Shown: positions 13,861 to 58,723 of the stretch, piece after piece
How positions within the stretch are numbered: the stretch's first letter is position 1
Layout of the letters: each line of letters opens with the position of its first letter
Source of the DNA: the human T2T-CHM13v2.0 reference genome, Homo sapiens
Length of the DNA stretch: 64,000 nt
Assembly (NCBI RefSeq): GCF_009914755.1
Contig: NC_060933.1
Strand: one strand, 5' to 3'
Notes under the pieces: model-generated
Seen by the model: only the letters and a program-made list of their open reading frames with translations
The model's database searches: none
Told to the model about the DNA's origin: nothing
Program-made: the position numbers and the translations under genes

Positions 13861-13866
13861 AATAAA
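13861..13866 (+). terminator. ANP32B: Distal polyadenylation signal AATAAA
   Basis: T-rich upstream tract and downstream gttgtatg element. Confidence 0.75.
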
Positions 13867-15769
13867 CAGTTACTCTTTGGTAAAGCCTAGTTGTATGCTT
13901 ACATTTTTAAATTATACTCTCATTGTAAGCTCATGTTAAAACACCAAAGAACTGGTTTATTTGGCATTTTTATATTAGTAGTTGTTGAGGGGAATTGCAC
14001 AAGTGTGTAGGATCTTTGAGCATTTAGATCAAATCCTCATTGATAACTGGGAGTAAATGAAGCATACTTTAAAAAATAACGTTCAAAATGGAATACTCTG
14101 GGGCCCTGAAAACCAGTAAAATGTTAGGTTCAAGTATTATGTGAATTAAGGGAAAGAAGATAGTGTAAAGCAAAAGGCCTTCACCAGAATCCCAAGAGAT
14201 CTGAATTCTAGTTCTGGCTCTGCCACTGATTTTCTGTGTGACCTTGTGTTGACTCTGGGTCACCACCCAGTCTGGAAAATTGAAGGGGTGTGACCAAATG
14301 GCTTCTGAAGTCACTTGTAGCACTGATGTTCTGTGACCCTTGCTGACAGGAAGGTCTGAAGAGAAAAATGGGCTTTCCACTAGTCTGAAGCATGTAGGGT
14401 TTGACTGATGGGTGAACACAGTATGGTTTGTTGCCAAGACAGGCGTGAAAAGGGGGAATGACATGTGAAAAGCCTCACCAAGCAGTGGGTAGGCACTGCC
14501 TGAGGTCAACTCAGGTTTTCCATAAGATGGAAATTTTCTCTATTCTTACAGATCTTAAAGGGATTTGAGAAAGGAGGATATTCTGTCTGTATTCAGTGAT
14601 TAACCGTTTAGCGAAAATAGATGTATGACTGCATTATCAATACAGTTTTTTATAGTGGAAGATTTAAGGATTGTTTCAGTAAATTTTAGCTTATAGCTGC
14701 TGGAATGAGTGAGGTTTTTGATGCATGTAAATGCAATATGTAAAATTGGAATCTAATTTGAATTTATAACAAGTCACAGTCTCTATGGAGCCCCCAAATA
14801 CTGTACTTTAAAATCAAAATCTCCCATAGACTTTAAAATGGAGTTTCTTTTTTGCAAAGAAAATCCAAGAAAATTTGATTTCTGATTTTACAGGTATTAC
14901 ACATCATTTTCCCCAACCATAAGGCCATTTTGGCAAACCTTCAATACATTGTAAAATGGTTTCTTCTGTAGCCTAAGTGTGTCCTTAAGGTTTTGCTTAT
15001 TTGTCAAATATCAAACACAGTAACTTTGAGTGATTATTTTTCCCGGTTTGTTGTTGTTGTTGTTGTTTTTAGTTGTTTTTTAAAGTTTACAGAACTTCCC
15101 AGTATCTACCAAGCCTGTAGGATATGCCAGGCTTATTGGCTGGGCAAAAGGGAAGGGAATTGGGTTAAAAAGACAAGCCAGCCCTTGGTGCTCATAGTAA
15201 CTAGTCAGGAAGAAAAGACATCAACACAAGTAATATTTACTAGGACCTAGGAGCAAGAGGTTTAGGTAAGTTTTAGTGTAGCTCAGAGGCTGGAGAGATG
15301 GCACCCAACCTGGAGGGAGGGAAGCTTCTTAGAAAAGAAAGTACTTCAGCTGCACATGCAAGTGTGAATAGCGTCTATAAATAGGAATAGAGAGAGAAGG
15401 GAGTATCTTGGTGAGCAGAGGTTAAAGGTAGGAAACTGCTGAGTACAGTTAGATACAAGTAGATTTGACAACACATGAATAGATGATAATACTGGACAAG
15501 TCATTTGGGCTCTTGTAGGGGGCCTTGAAGGTCAAAGCCTTTTTGTGCATTATAGTAAAATATTGATGTCACCTGTATGTGGCCAGTGAAGATGCCTTTG
15601 ACATGGTCCTCAGAGAAGCAAGCTGTTTGGTGATGAGGTCACACAGCAGACTATTTTTGGAGTTGTCTCCCATCTGAAGGAGAACATTGAGAGGGTTTGC
15701 TTCCAGCTTCTGCAGTAAGTTTAGTTATAAAATGTCTGAGCTGGGTGGCAGCTATGATGGGCTAGATGA

Positions 15770-18330
<2,561 letters not shown>

Positions 18331-19901
18331 ATACTTACAACTACAACTCTTATGATAATTTCACACTGTGGGAGGCAGCCCTGTCATATACCATCTTAGA
18401 GAACTTGCAAAAGACCCTTTGCTTCTTGGAGCTCAGTTTTCTCATTTATAAATTGTGAGAGCCCTGCCCACTCTCTGAGTCGATAAGCATGACAGGGCAG
18501 GATACCCATGAGGAGTAACTTAAGAAGAGCTGGGGACAGCCTATGCCATGGGCCTCTGTCGGTGATAGACTGCACTAGCGTGCATCCAGCCAGGGCCTGA
18601 GCACACAAGAAATCCCTGGAAGTGGTTCTGCATAGCTGGTGCTAGATCAGCTGCACCTGGGAGTCACAGTAGCAATGTGTGGGTCAGAAGCCAGCATCTG
18701 CGCAGAGTGAGTGACCTGGCGCTGGGGAGTCTGACAGTGGGTGAAGGGACCTGCCAGCCCCAAGAATGGGAATTCCCATCCAGCCCTGGCTTTGTCCATT
18801 CCAGTGACTTGGTCAGGGCCCGATCTGCCCTTAGGCTCCCTTCCTGCTGGAACATGGGGCCATTGTTTCCTGCTTCTGTAGCCACCTAGTTCCCCCGACA
18901 GCTACCTGTCCAGATCCTACCTACAACCATCCTGCCAAGCTCAGTCCTGACCAGCCACTGAACTGCCTGAGCCCTGCTTCTGACAAAGGGAGTGATGGCC
19001 CCTGATGTGTCCGTGGCTCACTGCACTTTACAGGCTCTTGCACATTCTTGTCTTGTTCAAAGATGTCTGACCCCATCTTTCAGACAAGGGAACTGAGGCT
19101 CAGGGTCACTTGCAAGGTCCCAGAGTGCAGATCAAGGGTGACTTCTTTCCCTGCCTGCTTAATGCTACTCTTGGGAAAGGCTGGGGGTGAGGCAGCTAAC
19201 AGGACTGCTAGGACCACTCCATTTAGGCAAAGCTTGTCTCAGTGGATGGGAATTTCTGAAACCTAGAGCTCTTCACAATGCAGGTGTTTTCAGCAAGTGG
19301 AAGACAAAAGAAATGAGGCTGAGGAAATCCAAGTTCCCACTGACAGCTTCTCCTGGGTCTGCATTACTGACCACCTGAGAGCCCTCAGTGCCGGCCCGCC
19401 ACCCCCAGCTTGTTCTCCACCACTGCTCAAGTGACCACACAGCTGGTGCTCTCAGCAGCTCCTAGCTCAGGAACTTTCTGTGACTTCCCAGGGCCTGCAG
19501 AGCACTCCTGGCATCGTTCCCCCACCAACCTGCTCTCAATCCACCTTCCAGCCTTCTTTTCACATGGTCCCCACATGCCTTAGCTGGCCATCTGCACCTT
19601 GTCGCACTTTGACTTTGTTCATGCTACCTCCTCTGTCTCTTTCCCTACCTGCACCAGCAAAATCCATCCCAGTGTTCAAGAACCAGAGCAAACGCATTAG
19701 CCCCAGACAGCCTGGCAGGCAGGAGGCTTCCTTCCCTGGATTTCTCGCTGGATGACCTTGATGACTTGTTCTGCCCCTGGCAGTGACTGCTCTGCTCCCT
19801 GTCCTGTCTCCCCTGCCAGATAGCACTCTGGGCCACGTGTCTGATTCCTCTTGCTGGGCCCAGTACACTGGCACTCAGTGAATGTTTCCTCAATCACCAA
19901 A

Positions 19902-20788
<887 letters not shown>

Positions 20789-21362
20789 CTAAACAAATGA
20801 GTTGTGAAAACCTCTGGACCGAGAATGGCAATGGCAGTCAGGTGCTTCACTCCCCTCACGGTCCAGTGTTTGGACACAAGAGTGATGTGATTAAAAGGAG
20901 GACTTGGGAGCTCAAGTCTGGAGAACAGAATCAAGTCCTGGTTTGCTTCCTATCTGTTTTGTGATCTGTGTAAGTCAGTTATTCCAAACTGTATTTCTCT
21001 TTCACATTAATTATATTAATTCCCATCTCCCTTCCAATCTCACCAGAATTGTTTCATTTTGAGGCACAGAGGGCTAAAATGGCAGCAGATTATACAAATC
21101 AATACAAGAGGTCTGGACTCTTAAAAATCAGAACTTACCAATCTGGAGTTAACAAAGTTGGTATCTCCAGACATTTATGGAAACTTCTAATATGCAATGA
21201 AAGGCAAGAACCCTGGGCTGGAAGAAACCAGATCACATCTAGTCCCTTGGCTGATGCTGAAACGCCCTCTGCAACATGCCTACCTTACTTGTTGGATACC
21301 TTGGTGATGGGGACCCCACTCCTTATAAGGCAATGTATTCCATCTTTGAAAAACAGAAATTT

Positions 21363-28110
<6,748 letters not shown>

Positions 28111-29100
28111 GAAAAAGAAGAAAGGTGGAGGTTTTTGGAGCATTCTCAGAGTGCAGTATTTGTTTCTAAGTCTCAGCAGGGGATGTAGAGATGGGGCAGA
28201 GGCAGGTGGTTCTTCCATTCCACCCCAAACCTCACTGGACTCAGACTCTCAGGGATACACTATAATGACTGCTAACTTTGGTAGCACCTGCACCTAGTGT
28301 AGCTTCCTAATGCTTCCGTGAATCCCAGGGAGAACACTGTAAAATGATCATATGATCTTTTATTTCTCACTTAATTCATTCTGTGTCATTCCATTGGTTT
28401 GTGAATTGTGTCAATAGATAGAAAGTTTGGACTGTGGGTGTCTGGAAATATATCCACCCCTTCTACATTAATTCTTATGAAAAAATATTTTATTCACCTT
28501 TTTTACTGTAAGATGAATTTCCCAGTAATGTAACCTTGATGCAAATAAATGCTCTAACCGTTGTGCCAAAAGTTGCAATTAATAAACCCAATGTCTTGTT
28601 CTTCTTCTCAACCCAATTCTAAAATGAGGGTTTTCTCTAAGATGCAAATTCTAACACACACGAATAATCTTCTCATATAAGGTTGATGGTTTCTCTAACA
28701 CAAAACTCTTAACAGTCTGGATATAAAGTGGCTGTACTAGGATGTATTCAATTTCATAAAGTTCTCTACAGCTTGTAGCTCCATTAGAAACAAATCTCAG
28801 CGTCTCAAAAACCCTCAGAAAACTAGGAATAGAGGGAACTTCCTGAATTTGATTAAGAACATCTACAAAACCCTGCATTTAATACTATACTTAATGGTGA
28901 AAAATGGAATGCTTTCTTTCTAAGATTGGGAACAAGGCAAGGATGTCCACTCTCACCACTCTTATTCAACATACAACTGAACATTCTAGGCAGTGTAACA
29001 GGCAAGAAAGAAAAGAAAAGAAAAGGCACACATTTCAGAAAGGCAAAAATAAAATGGTCTGTATTTGCAGATGATACGATGTGGTAGAAAGTCCCAAAGA

Positions 29101-29104
<4 letters not shown>

Positions 29105-29144
<40 letters not shown>

Positions 29145-29163
29145 ACACACATACACACATACA
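29105..29163 (+). repeat. (CA)n microsatellite with TA interruptions
   Basis: Directly visible run. Confidence 0.95.
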
Positions 29164-30171
29164 AAATTCCTAGAATCTATATACTAATGAACATATGGAA
29201 ACCAAAATTAAAAATAAAATACCATTTATAATCACTCAAAACATGGAATATTTGGGTGGAAATCTAACAAAACATGTATAGGATTTCTATGCTGAAAACT
29301 ATAAAATGCTGATGAAGGAAATCAAAGAATATCTAAATAAACTGAGAGGTAAAACTGTGTTCATGGGTTGGAAGACTAAACATAATAAAGTTGTCAATTA
29401 TTCCCATATTGGCACACTTTCTATCAAAATTCCAACAAAATCTATTTCTTGCAAATATTGACAAAACTTTTCTAAAATTTATGTGGAAAGGCAAAGGAAC
29501 TAGAATAGCTAGAATAATTTTAGATGGTTTATTAAAATTTAGCTAATTTTAGAGAAAAATCAGTCTACCTAAGTTCAAAACCTGTTATATGGTCACAGTG
29601 TGGTTCTGGCCCAGGAATAGCACACAGATCAATGGAACAGAACACAGAACTCGGAAACAGAGCCACACAACTATTTTTGACTGCTGATTTTTGACAAAGG
29701 TGCAAAAGCAATCAATGGAGACAAGTCTTTTCAACAAATGGTGCTGAAGCAACTGGACATCTATAGGCCCCAAAATCAACCAAACAACAAAACTTTGACA
29801 TAAGTCTCATATATTGTACAAAAATTAACTTAAAATGGACCTCAGTGCCAGACGTGGTGGCTCACGCCTGTCATCCTAACACTTTAGGAGGCCAAGGAGG
29901 GAGGATCACTTGAGGCCAGAAGTTTGAGACCAACATGGCAAGACCTTGTCTCTACAAAAAACACAAAAATTTGTTGAGCATTGTGGGGCACACTTGCAGT
30001 CCCAGCTACTACAGAGGTTGTGGTGGAAGGATCGCTTGAGCTTGGGTGATGGAGGCTGCAGCAAGCTATGACTGCATCACTGCATTCCAGCCTGGGTGAC
30101 AGAGCAAAATCCTGTCTCAAAAAAAAAAAAAGACCTCAGACTAAAATGTAAACATAAGACCATAAGACTTT

Positions 30172-30276
30172 CTGCTCACTTTGGCAACACATAAACCAAA
30201 ACTGGAATGATACAGAGTAGATTAGCATGGCCCCATGTAAGGATGATATAAAAATTTGTGAAGCATTTCATATTTT
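30172..30276 (+). pseudogene. Full-length U6 snRNA retropseudogene
   Basis: Aligns end to end with U6 (GTGCTCGCTTCGGCAGCAC...CCATATTTT) with many transitions; ACAGAGA box reads ACAGAGT; A-rich tail; embedded in L1. Confidence 0.93.
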
Positions 30277-30798
30277 AAAAACAATTCTATAAAAAATTTA
30301 GAAAAAAAAAAGAAGCACAGGAGAAAACATTTGGGATCTAGAGTGAGACAAAGAGCTCTTAAACTTAGCCCCCAAAACATGATTCATAAAAGGAAACATT
30401 TATATATTGGACTTTGTCAAAATTAAAAGCTTTTGCTCTGCAAAAGACCTTGTAAAGAGGATAAAAAGACAAGCTACAGCTACAGACTGGGAGAAAATAT
30501 TTGCAAACCACATACCTGACAAAAGGACTAGTAACTAGAAATATGAAGCACTCTCAAAACTCAACAGCAAAAAAACAAGAATAGAATTAGAAAATGGGCA
30601 AAAGACATGAAGAGATTTCACTGAAGAGGATATACAGAAGGCAAATAAGCACATGAAAAGATGTTCAACATTATTATTAGCCATTTGGGAAATGCAAATT
30701 AAAATCACAATGAGATATCACTGCACTCCTCTCAGAATGGAAAAAATGAAAAATAAGGACAACACCAAATGCTAGTGAGAATGCAGAGAAACTGATCA

Positions 30799-31044
<246 letters not shown>

Positions 31045-31630
31045 TCAGCTACTCAGGAGGCTGAGGCGGGAGAATCGCTTGAACCCAGGAGACAGAAGTT
31101 GTGGTGATTGAGATCACACCACTGCATGCCAGCCTAGGCAACAGAGTGAGACTCCATCTCAAAAAAATTAAAATAAAATAAAAAATAAATAAAAAGGAAC
31201 ACACTACCCATACACAAAACAACCAGGATGAATCTCCAGGGAATCATGCTGAGGGAAAAAAGCCAGCCCCCAAAGGTTACAGAACTGCATGGTTCTGTTT
31301 ATTAAAAACCCTCTTAAAATGACACAATTATAGAAATGGAAAATATTAGTGGTTGGCAGAGGTTAGGGAGGGGGTGGGGCTGGAGGGAAGTGGGTGTGGC
31401 TATACAAATCAAAATGATGGGTTTATTGGGGTGTTATGGGGTGATTCAGAAAATCCAAGGAAGGGTCTCAAAAGAGTTGAAACTGGGCAGCTCTGGGCAA
31501 CTCAGTTGGCAGAAGTTTATGGACTTGCCATTCCTCATGATTTCCGGGCTACAGAGTCATCATTAGCAGAGAGAATCGTGAGAGAAGAGAACCTGGTTGA
31601 TAGAGCTTTGGAAGGATAGCCAAACATCAA

Positions 31631-37156
<5,526 letters not shown>

Positions 37157-37238
37157 TCACGGCTCACTGCAGCCTCCACCTCTGGAGGCTCAAGCAATCT
37201 TCCTGCCTCAGCCTCTTGGGTAGCTGTGTAGCTGGGAC

Positions 37239-37919
37239 TGAAACTGCCTTTGCAAAATTATGACTGGGACAGTGAAAGAGCTCTAACTTAACTGACTCCA
37301 ACTTGCTTCTAACCTCCAAGCTGTCCTTGTTCATTCCTGGGCGTAGGCTGAACTAACTTTGGGAGAAAATTAGTTTATAGTTTAAACAAAGACAGTAACA
37401 GCCCTTTCCCAAAGCAGACCTCCTTCTTGCCTGGGCTCTAGATTGCCTTTGTAGGACTAATATTAGACATAAGATTAGAAATTATGGTTCAAGAGTCACA
37501 CAGCTGGAGGGGGACAAGATTCTGACCCTCCCTAAACTGCTCCTAAGGTCACTGCTTGAGATATTTTGCAGACGCTGCACTTGATGGATCAGCTGGCCCT
37601 ACCCAGATCGATAAACTGGCTCAGCTGATCTTGCAGCCCCGACCCAGGAACTGACTCTGTGCAAGAAGAGAGCTCCGACTCCCTATGATTTCATCCCTGA
37701 ACAATCAGCACTCCGGCTCACTGGCTTCCCCCACCCAGCAAGTTATCCTTAAAATCTCTGCTCCCTGAATGCTCAGGGAGACTGATTTGAGTAATAATGA
37801 AACTCCAGCCTCCCGCACAGCCGGCTCTGCATGAATTACTCTTTCTCTATTGCACTTCCCATGTCTTCATGAATTGACACTGTCTAGCAGCGGGTAAGGT
37901 GAACCCCTGGGTGGTTACA
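37239..37919 (+). mobile_element. Solo LTR8-type ERV1 LTR inserted into an antisense Alu
   Basis: TGAAACTGCCTTTGCAAAATTATG...GGTTACA; perfect 4-bp TSD GGAC; Alu resumes on both sides. Confidence 0.9.
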
Positions 37920-39031
37920 GGACCACAGGCACGCGCCACCATGTCTGGCTAACTTTTTTAGTTTTTGTAGAGACCAGGTCTCACTATGTTGCCTAGGCTG
38001 CTCTTGAACTCCTGGGCTCAAGTGGTCCTCCTGCCTCAGCCTCGCAAAGTTCTGAGATTACAGGCATGAGCCACTGTACCCGGCATCTCTCTCTTTCCTT
38101 TGGTTGCCTCCTGTTGGTCTCCAAACACGCACTTCCTCAGAACCCCTCAACTCTTTGGATTCCTCCAGCCCAGGGTCCATTTTCCACCTGCTTTGACAAC
38201 TGAGCTTTTTCAAGAAAGGGCTATTTTCACTTTTTCTATTTCTTCAACTCCCCTTTGCCACCAAATCTGCTGTCTCCAAGTGGCCCCTGATCCCCATGGC
38301 CACTGGTGTCTTCTCGTTCCTCATTCTCCTGGACTGCTCGGGGCCTTTGATGTTGTGGGCCTCGCCTCCTCAGGACACACACCTGCTCTGTCTCCTGCTT
38401 GTTTCTCCCAGGGCAGCTGCACCTGCTGTCTCCTCTGCACTGCTTAGCCCCCGGCATGCGCTCTCCTGCAGCAGTTGGGCCTATCCTCGGTCTTTTTCCA
38501 ACTCAGAGTAGCTCCCAGATCCCTCTCCACTCAAGACCTCTGCTCTGAGCTTCCACATTGCCTTTCTTCCTGCCTGGGGGCAGCTTCACCTGCGTATTTT
38601 CTTTTCTTTTTTTTTTTGAGACGGAGTCTCGCTGTGTCACCCAGGCTGGAGTGCAGTGGCGCGATCTCAGCTCATTGCAACCTCTGCCTCCCAGGTTCAA
38701 GCAGTTCTCTGCCTCAGCCTCCCGGGTAGCTAGGATTACAGGTGCCCGACATCACGCCCGGCTAATTTTTGTATTTTTAGTAGAGAGGGGGTTTCACCAT
38801 CTTGGCCAGGCTGCTCTTGAACTCCTGACCTCTTGATCCACCCGCCTCGGCCTCCCAAAGTGTTGGGATTACAGGCGTGAGCCACCGTGCCCAGTGATTT
38901 TTTTATTTTTAGTACAGACAGGGTTTAATCATGTTGGCAAGGCTGGTCTCAAATTCCTGGCCTCAAGTGATCCACCCACCTTGGTCTCCCAAAGTGCTGA
39001 GATTACAGGTGTGAGCCACTGTGCCTGGCCA

Positions 39032-43254
<4,223 letters not shown>

Positions 43255-43653
43255 TGTTAAATCAAGTTTAGCCTAAAGCTGCCTCCTTACATATTTTAAG
43301 TTCAGCCTAAAGGTTTCTCTGTACATCGTGAACTATAACAAGTGGAGGTATAAACAAACCATGGCCCACACCTGTGCCAATTACTGAGTTTTTGGCCAAT
43401 CAAATGTAGCCAACTGTTTGAACTGTGTTCAAATAAGACAAATGCTGAGCTGTAACCAATCCAGTTGTTTCTGAACCTCACTTCCGTTTTCTGTACATCA
43501 CTTCCCTTTTTCTGTCGTAAACCTTCTTCCACCACATGGCTGTGCTAGAGTTTCTGAGCCTAGCCTGGCTCAAAAGGCTCCCCAGTTCATGGATTGTTCA
43601 TTTCTCAACTAAACTCCTTTAAATTTAATTCAGCTGAAGTTTTGCTTTCATCA
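43255..43653 (+). mobile_element. MER57-type 5' LTR
   Basis: TGTTAAATCAAGTTTAGCCTAAAGCTGCC...TTCATCA, immediately followed by a PBS. Confidence 0.85.
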
Positions 43654-43655
43654 GA

Positions 43656-43673
43656 TGGGGTCAGAAACAGGAT
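43656..43673 (+). other. Retroviral primer-binding site, tRNA-Leu-like
   Basis: TGGGGTCAGAAACAGGAT vs TGGTGTCAGAAGTGGGAT (14/18), 2 nt after the LTR. Confidence 0.7.
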
Positions 43674-47813
<4,140 letters not shown>

Positions 47814-47816
47814 CAG

Positions 47817-48214
47817 TGATAAAAGAAAAACTTCAGCTGAATTAAGTTTAAAGATGTTTGATTGATCAATGAGCAAGTCACGAATTGAGCAGCTTTTTGA
47901 GCCAGGGTAGGCATAGAGACTCCAGTGCAGCTTTGTGGTAGAAGAAGATTTATGGACAGGAAAAGGAAAGTGAAGTACAGAAAACACAAATGAGGTTTAG
48001 AAGCAACTGGATTGCTTACATTTCAGCGTTTGCCTTATTTTAACACAGTTGGAACAATTGGCTACATTTGATTGGCCCAAACTCAGTGATTGGCACAGAT
48101 ATGGGCTACAGTCTGTTTACATCTCCACTTGTTGTAGTTCATGATGTACAGAAAATCTTTAGGCTGAACTTAAAATATATAAGGAGGCAGCTTTAGGCTA
48201 AACTTGATTTAACA
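47817..48214 (-). mobile_element. MER57-type 3' LTR with polypurine tract
   Basis: Inverted homologue of 43255-43653; preceded on the minus strand by AAAAGGGGGGAAT (PPT, 48215-48227). Confidence 0.85.
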
Positions 48215-52765
<4,551 letters not shown>

Positions 52766-52783
52766 ATCCCGAATGAGCCCCCA
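52766..52783 (-). other. Retroviral primer-binding site, tRNA-Pro
   Basis: Minus strand TGGGGGCTCATTCGGGAT vs TGGGGGCTCGTCCGGGAT (16/18), adjacent to the LTR end. Confidence 0.85.
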
Positions 52784-52787
52784 AATT

Positions 52788-53660
<873 letters not shown>

Positions 53661-53677
53661 CTTATTTTTTAAATTAA

Positions 53678-54102
<425 letters not shown>

Positions 54103-54688
54103 TAATAGGAACCTCCGCCACTTCTTGAAAACTTACTACAAGCCAAGTATTGTGATCAGGGGTTTCTATACGTCATCTCACAGTTCTATTTTATTTTTTT
54201 GCTTCAGAGAGAAACAAAAATAACGCTCCGGAAGACTGAGTAACGTATATATGAGCAGGAGCTGGTGACTGGCATAGGCTGGACTCGATCCAGCTCTGTG
54301 ATTCTAACTCTAGCAACCCTGTTTTTTCCATTACACCATAGGGCGCGCTCTCCCCATGCTCCTGAGAGCAGGACATAGACTATGCCCTGCGCAGGCAGCC
54401 GTCCGCCTCCTGCAGGGAATGCTTGCTCCTGGGTGCACGCACGGATACCGCGATGGTCCGAGACCACGCTCTGGGACAGCAAGCCTCAAGCCTCGCACAG
54501 GAGAGGGCCGCGGAGCTTCCTCGACCCGCCCCGCCGCCCTTCCCGCGGGAGGCCCCGCCCCCGCCCCCCGCCCCGATTGGCTGTCGGGAGAGAGGCGGGG
54601 CCTAGGGGATTGGCTGCCCGGCGACCGCGGGCTGACGTGGCGGGGCTGGCGTGTGGGTCTCGCAGCGTTGCTCACAGAACAGAGTAGA

Positions 54689-54706
54689 GGCGGCGGCGGC
54701 GGCGGC
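54689..54706 (+). repeat. NANS: (GGC)6 in the probable NANS 5'UTR
   Basis: Six perfect units ending 45 nt before the ATG. Confidence 0.9.
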
Positions 54707-54750
54707 CGGACCCAGACTGGTAGTGAGGCTTTGGACCCCGAGCCGCTGCA

Positions 54751-54882
54751 ATGCCGCTGGAGCTGGAGCTGTGTCCCGGGCGCTGGGTGGGCGGGCAACA
54801 CCCGTGCTTCATCATTGCCGAGATCGGCCAGAACCACCAGGGCGACCTGGACGTAGCCAAGCGCATGATCCGCATGGCCAAG
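54751..54882 (+). CDS. NANS: NANS (N-acetylneuraminate-9-phosphate synthase) coding exon 1
   Basis: MPLELELCPGRWVGGQHPCFIIAEIGQNHQGDLDVAKRMIRMAK with the NeuB-family IIAEIGxNHxG motif; donor AAG|GTGAGG; 132 nt. Confidence 0.98.
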
Positions 54883-55769
54883 GTGAGGCGGCAGCTCCCG
54901 GGACCCGGGATTCGGGCGCCGGGAGGGGCGGGGCGGGGCCGCGGGGAGCCAGGGCCACACGGCCTCCGCGGCTGGGTACCCTGGTCCGGCCTCTTCCCGC
55001 CCGCCAGTTCCGTTTTCGGAATCCTTCGGATCCCTCTTCCTCACCGTGTCCGCCACCCTCGTGACCTTTCTGCATTACAGCAGCTGCCTCCTAACCCGAC
55101 CTGTTTCCTCCCCGTTCTGGTGCCAGAATAATCTTTCTAAAAGTCAGACTTGATCAGACCATCCCCCCTGCCTGGCACCTTCTGTGGCTCCCTCCTGCCC
55201 GCGGGTAGAGTCGAAACCCTTTAACATAGCCTTCAAGATTTTAATGACTGGGCCCCTTCCAGCCCGTCATAATTCTTCTCTGACATTCTTCAGCGACACA
55301 GAGTTACTTTCAGGAATGACAGTTCCTGGAAGTTGCTGTGGTCTCTCTCACCCGCCATTCCCTGTATATGAAATATGAAGTGGTTAAAAGCCGGGCCTTT
55401 GAGTTCAAATCTCAGTTCCACCACTACTAGCTGTGTGAACATGGGCTGCTTACTTAGCCTCCGTGAACCCTTTTCCCCATTTGAAAACGGGGCTTGAAAA
55501 CAACAGTTCTTTCCACATGGAGTTGTTATGGGGATCAAATGAGATTCTCAGATAGAGCTCTGAGCCCAGCACTTGGCACACATGAGTCGGTAAATGCGTG
55601 CTCCCTCTTCTGTTGGGACTGCCATATTCTTCATTACGACCCCAGCCCCCAGCATAAGGCCTGGCCTGCACTATGATTCTTTGGTTTAGAGATAGCTCAC
55701 CCCATCTTTCCTTTCCCTTCATCAATGCTACTCAACTGATTTTGTATCATTTGTGATAGGTTTTTTAAA

Positions 55770-58631
<2,862 letters not shown>

Positions 58632-58723
58632 AGATGGTGATGTCATAGTGGTTGCTCCAGAATTTTTTCCTTTTTTTGAGAATCTACGACAGTCACTGAA
58701 AGATGTCCTAATGTGTGTTGTAG

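Larger units (their letters stand above)
13373..13890 (+). other. ANP32B: ANP32B 3'UTR
   Basis: Repeat-free AT-rich sequence after the stop with two AATAAA hexamers; end approximate. Confidence 0.85.
54340..55065. promoter_or_regulatory. NANS: CpG island / NANS promoter (TATA-less; GC boxes, two CCAAT boxes, TGACGTGG)
   Basis: Dense CpG; CCCCGCCCC repeats 54553-54574; ATTGG at 54576 and 54609; TGACGTGG at 54633. Confidence 0.92.

Noticed and set aside
30172-30276. Functional U6 gene
   Set aside because: Mutated ACAGAGA box, many transitions, no upstream PSE/TATA.
54609-54640. ERSE or ERSE-II element
   Set aside because: CCAAT and CCACG are in the wrong order and spacing for either consensus.
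54331-55056. 241-aa antisense ORF across the NANS promoter
   Set aside because: Pro/Arg/Gly-rich, expected from stop scarcity in a CpG island; no domain recognised.
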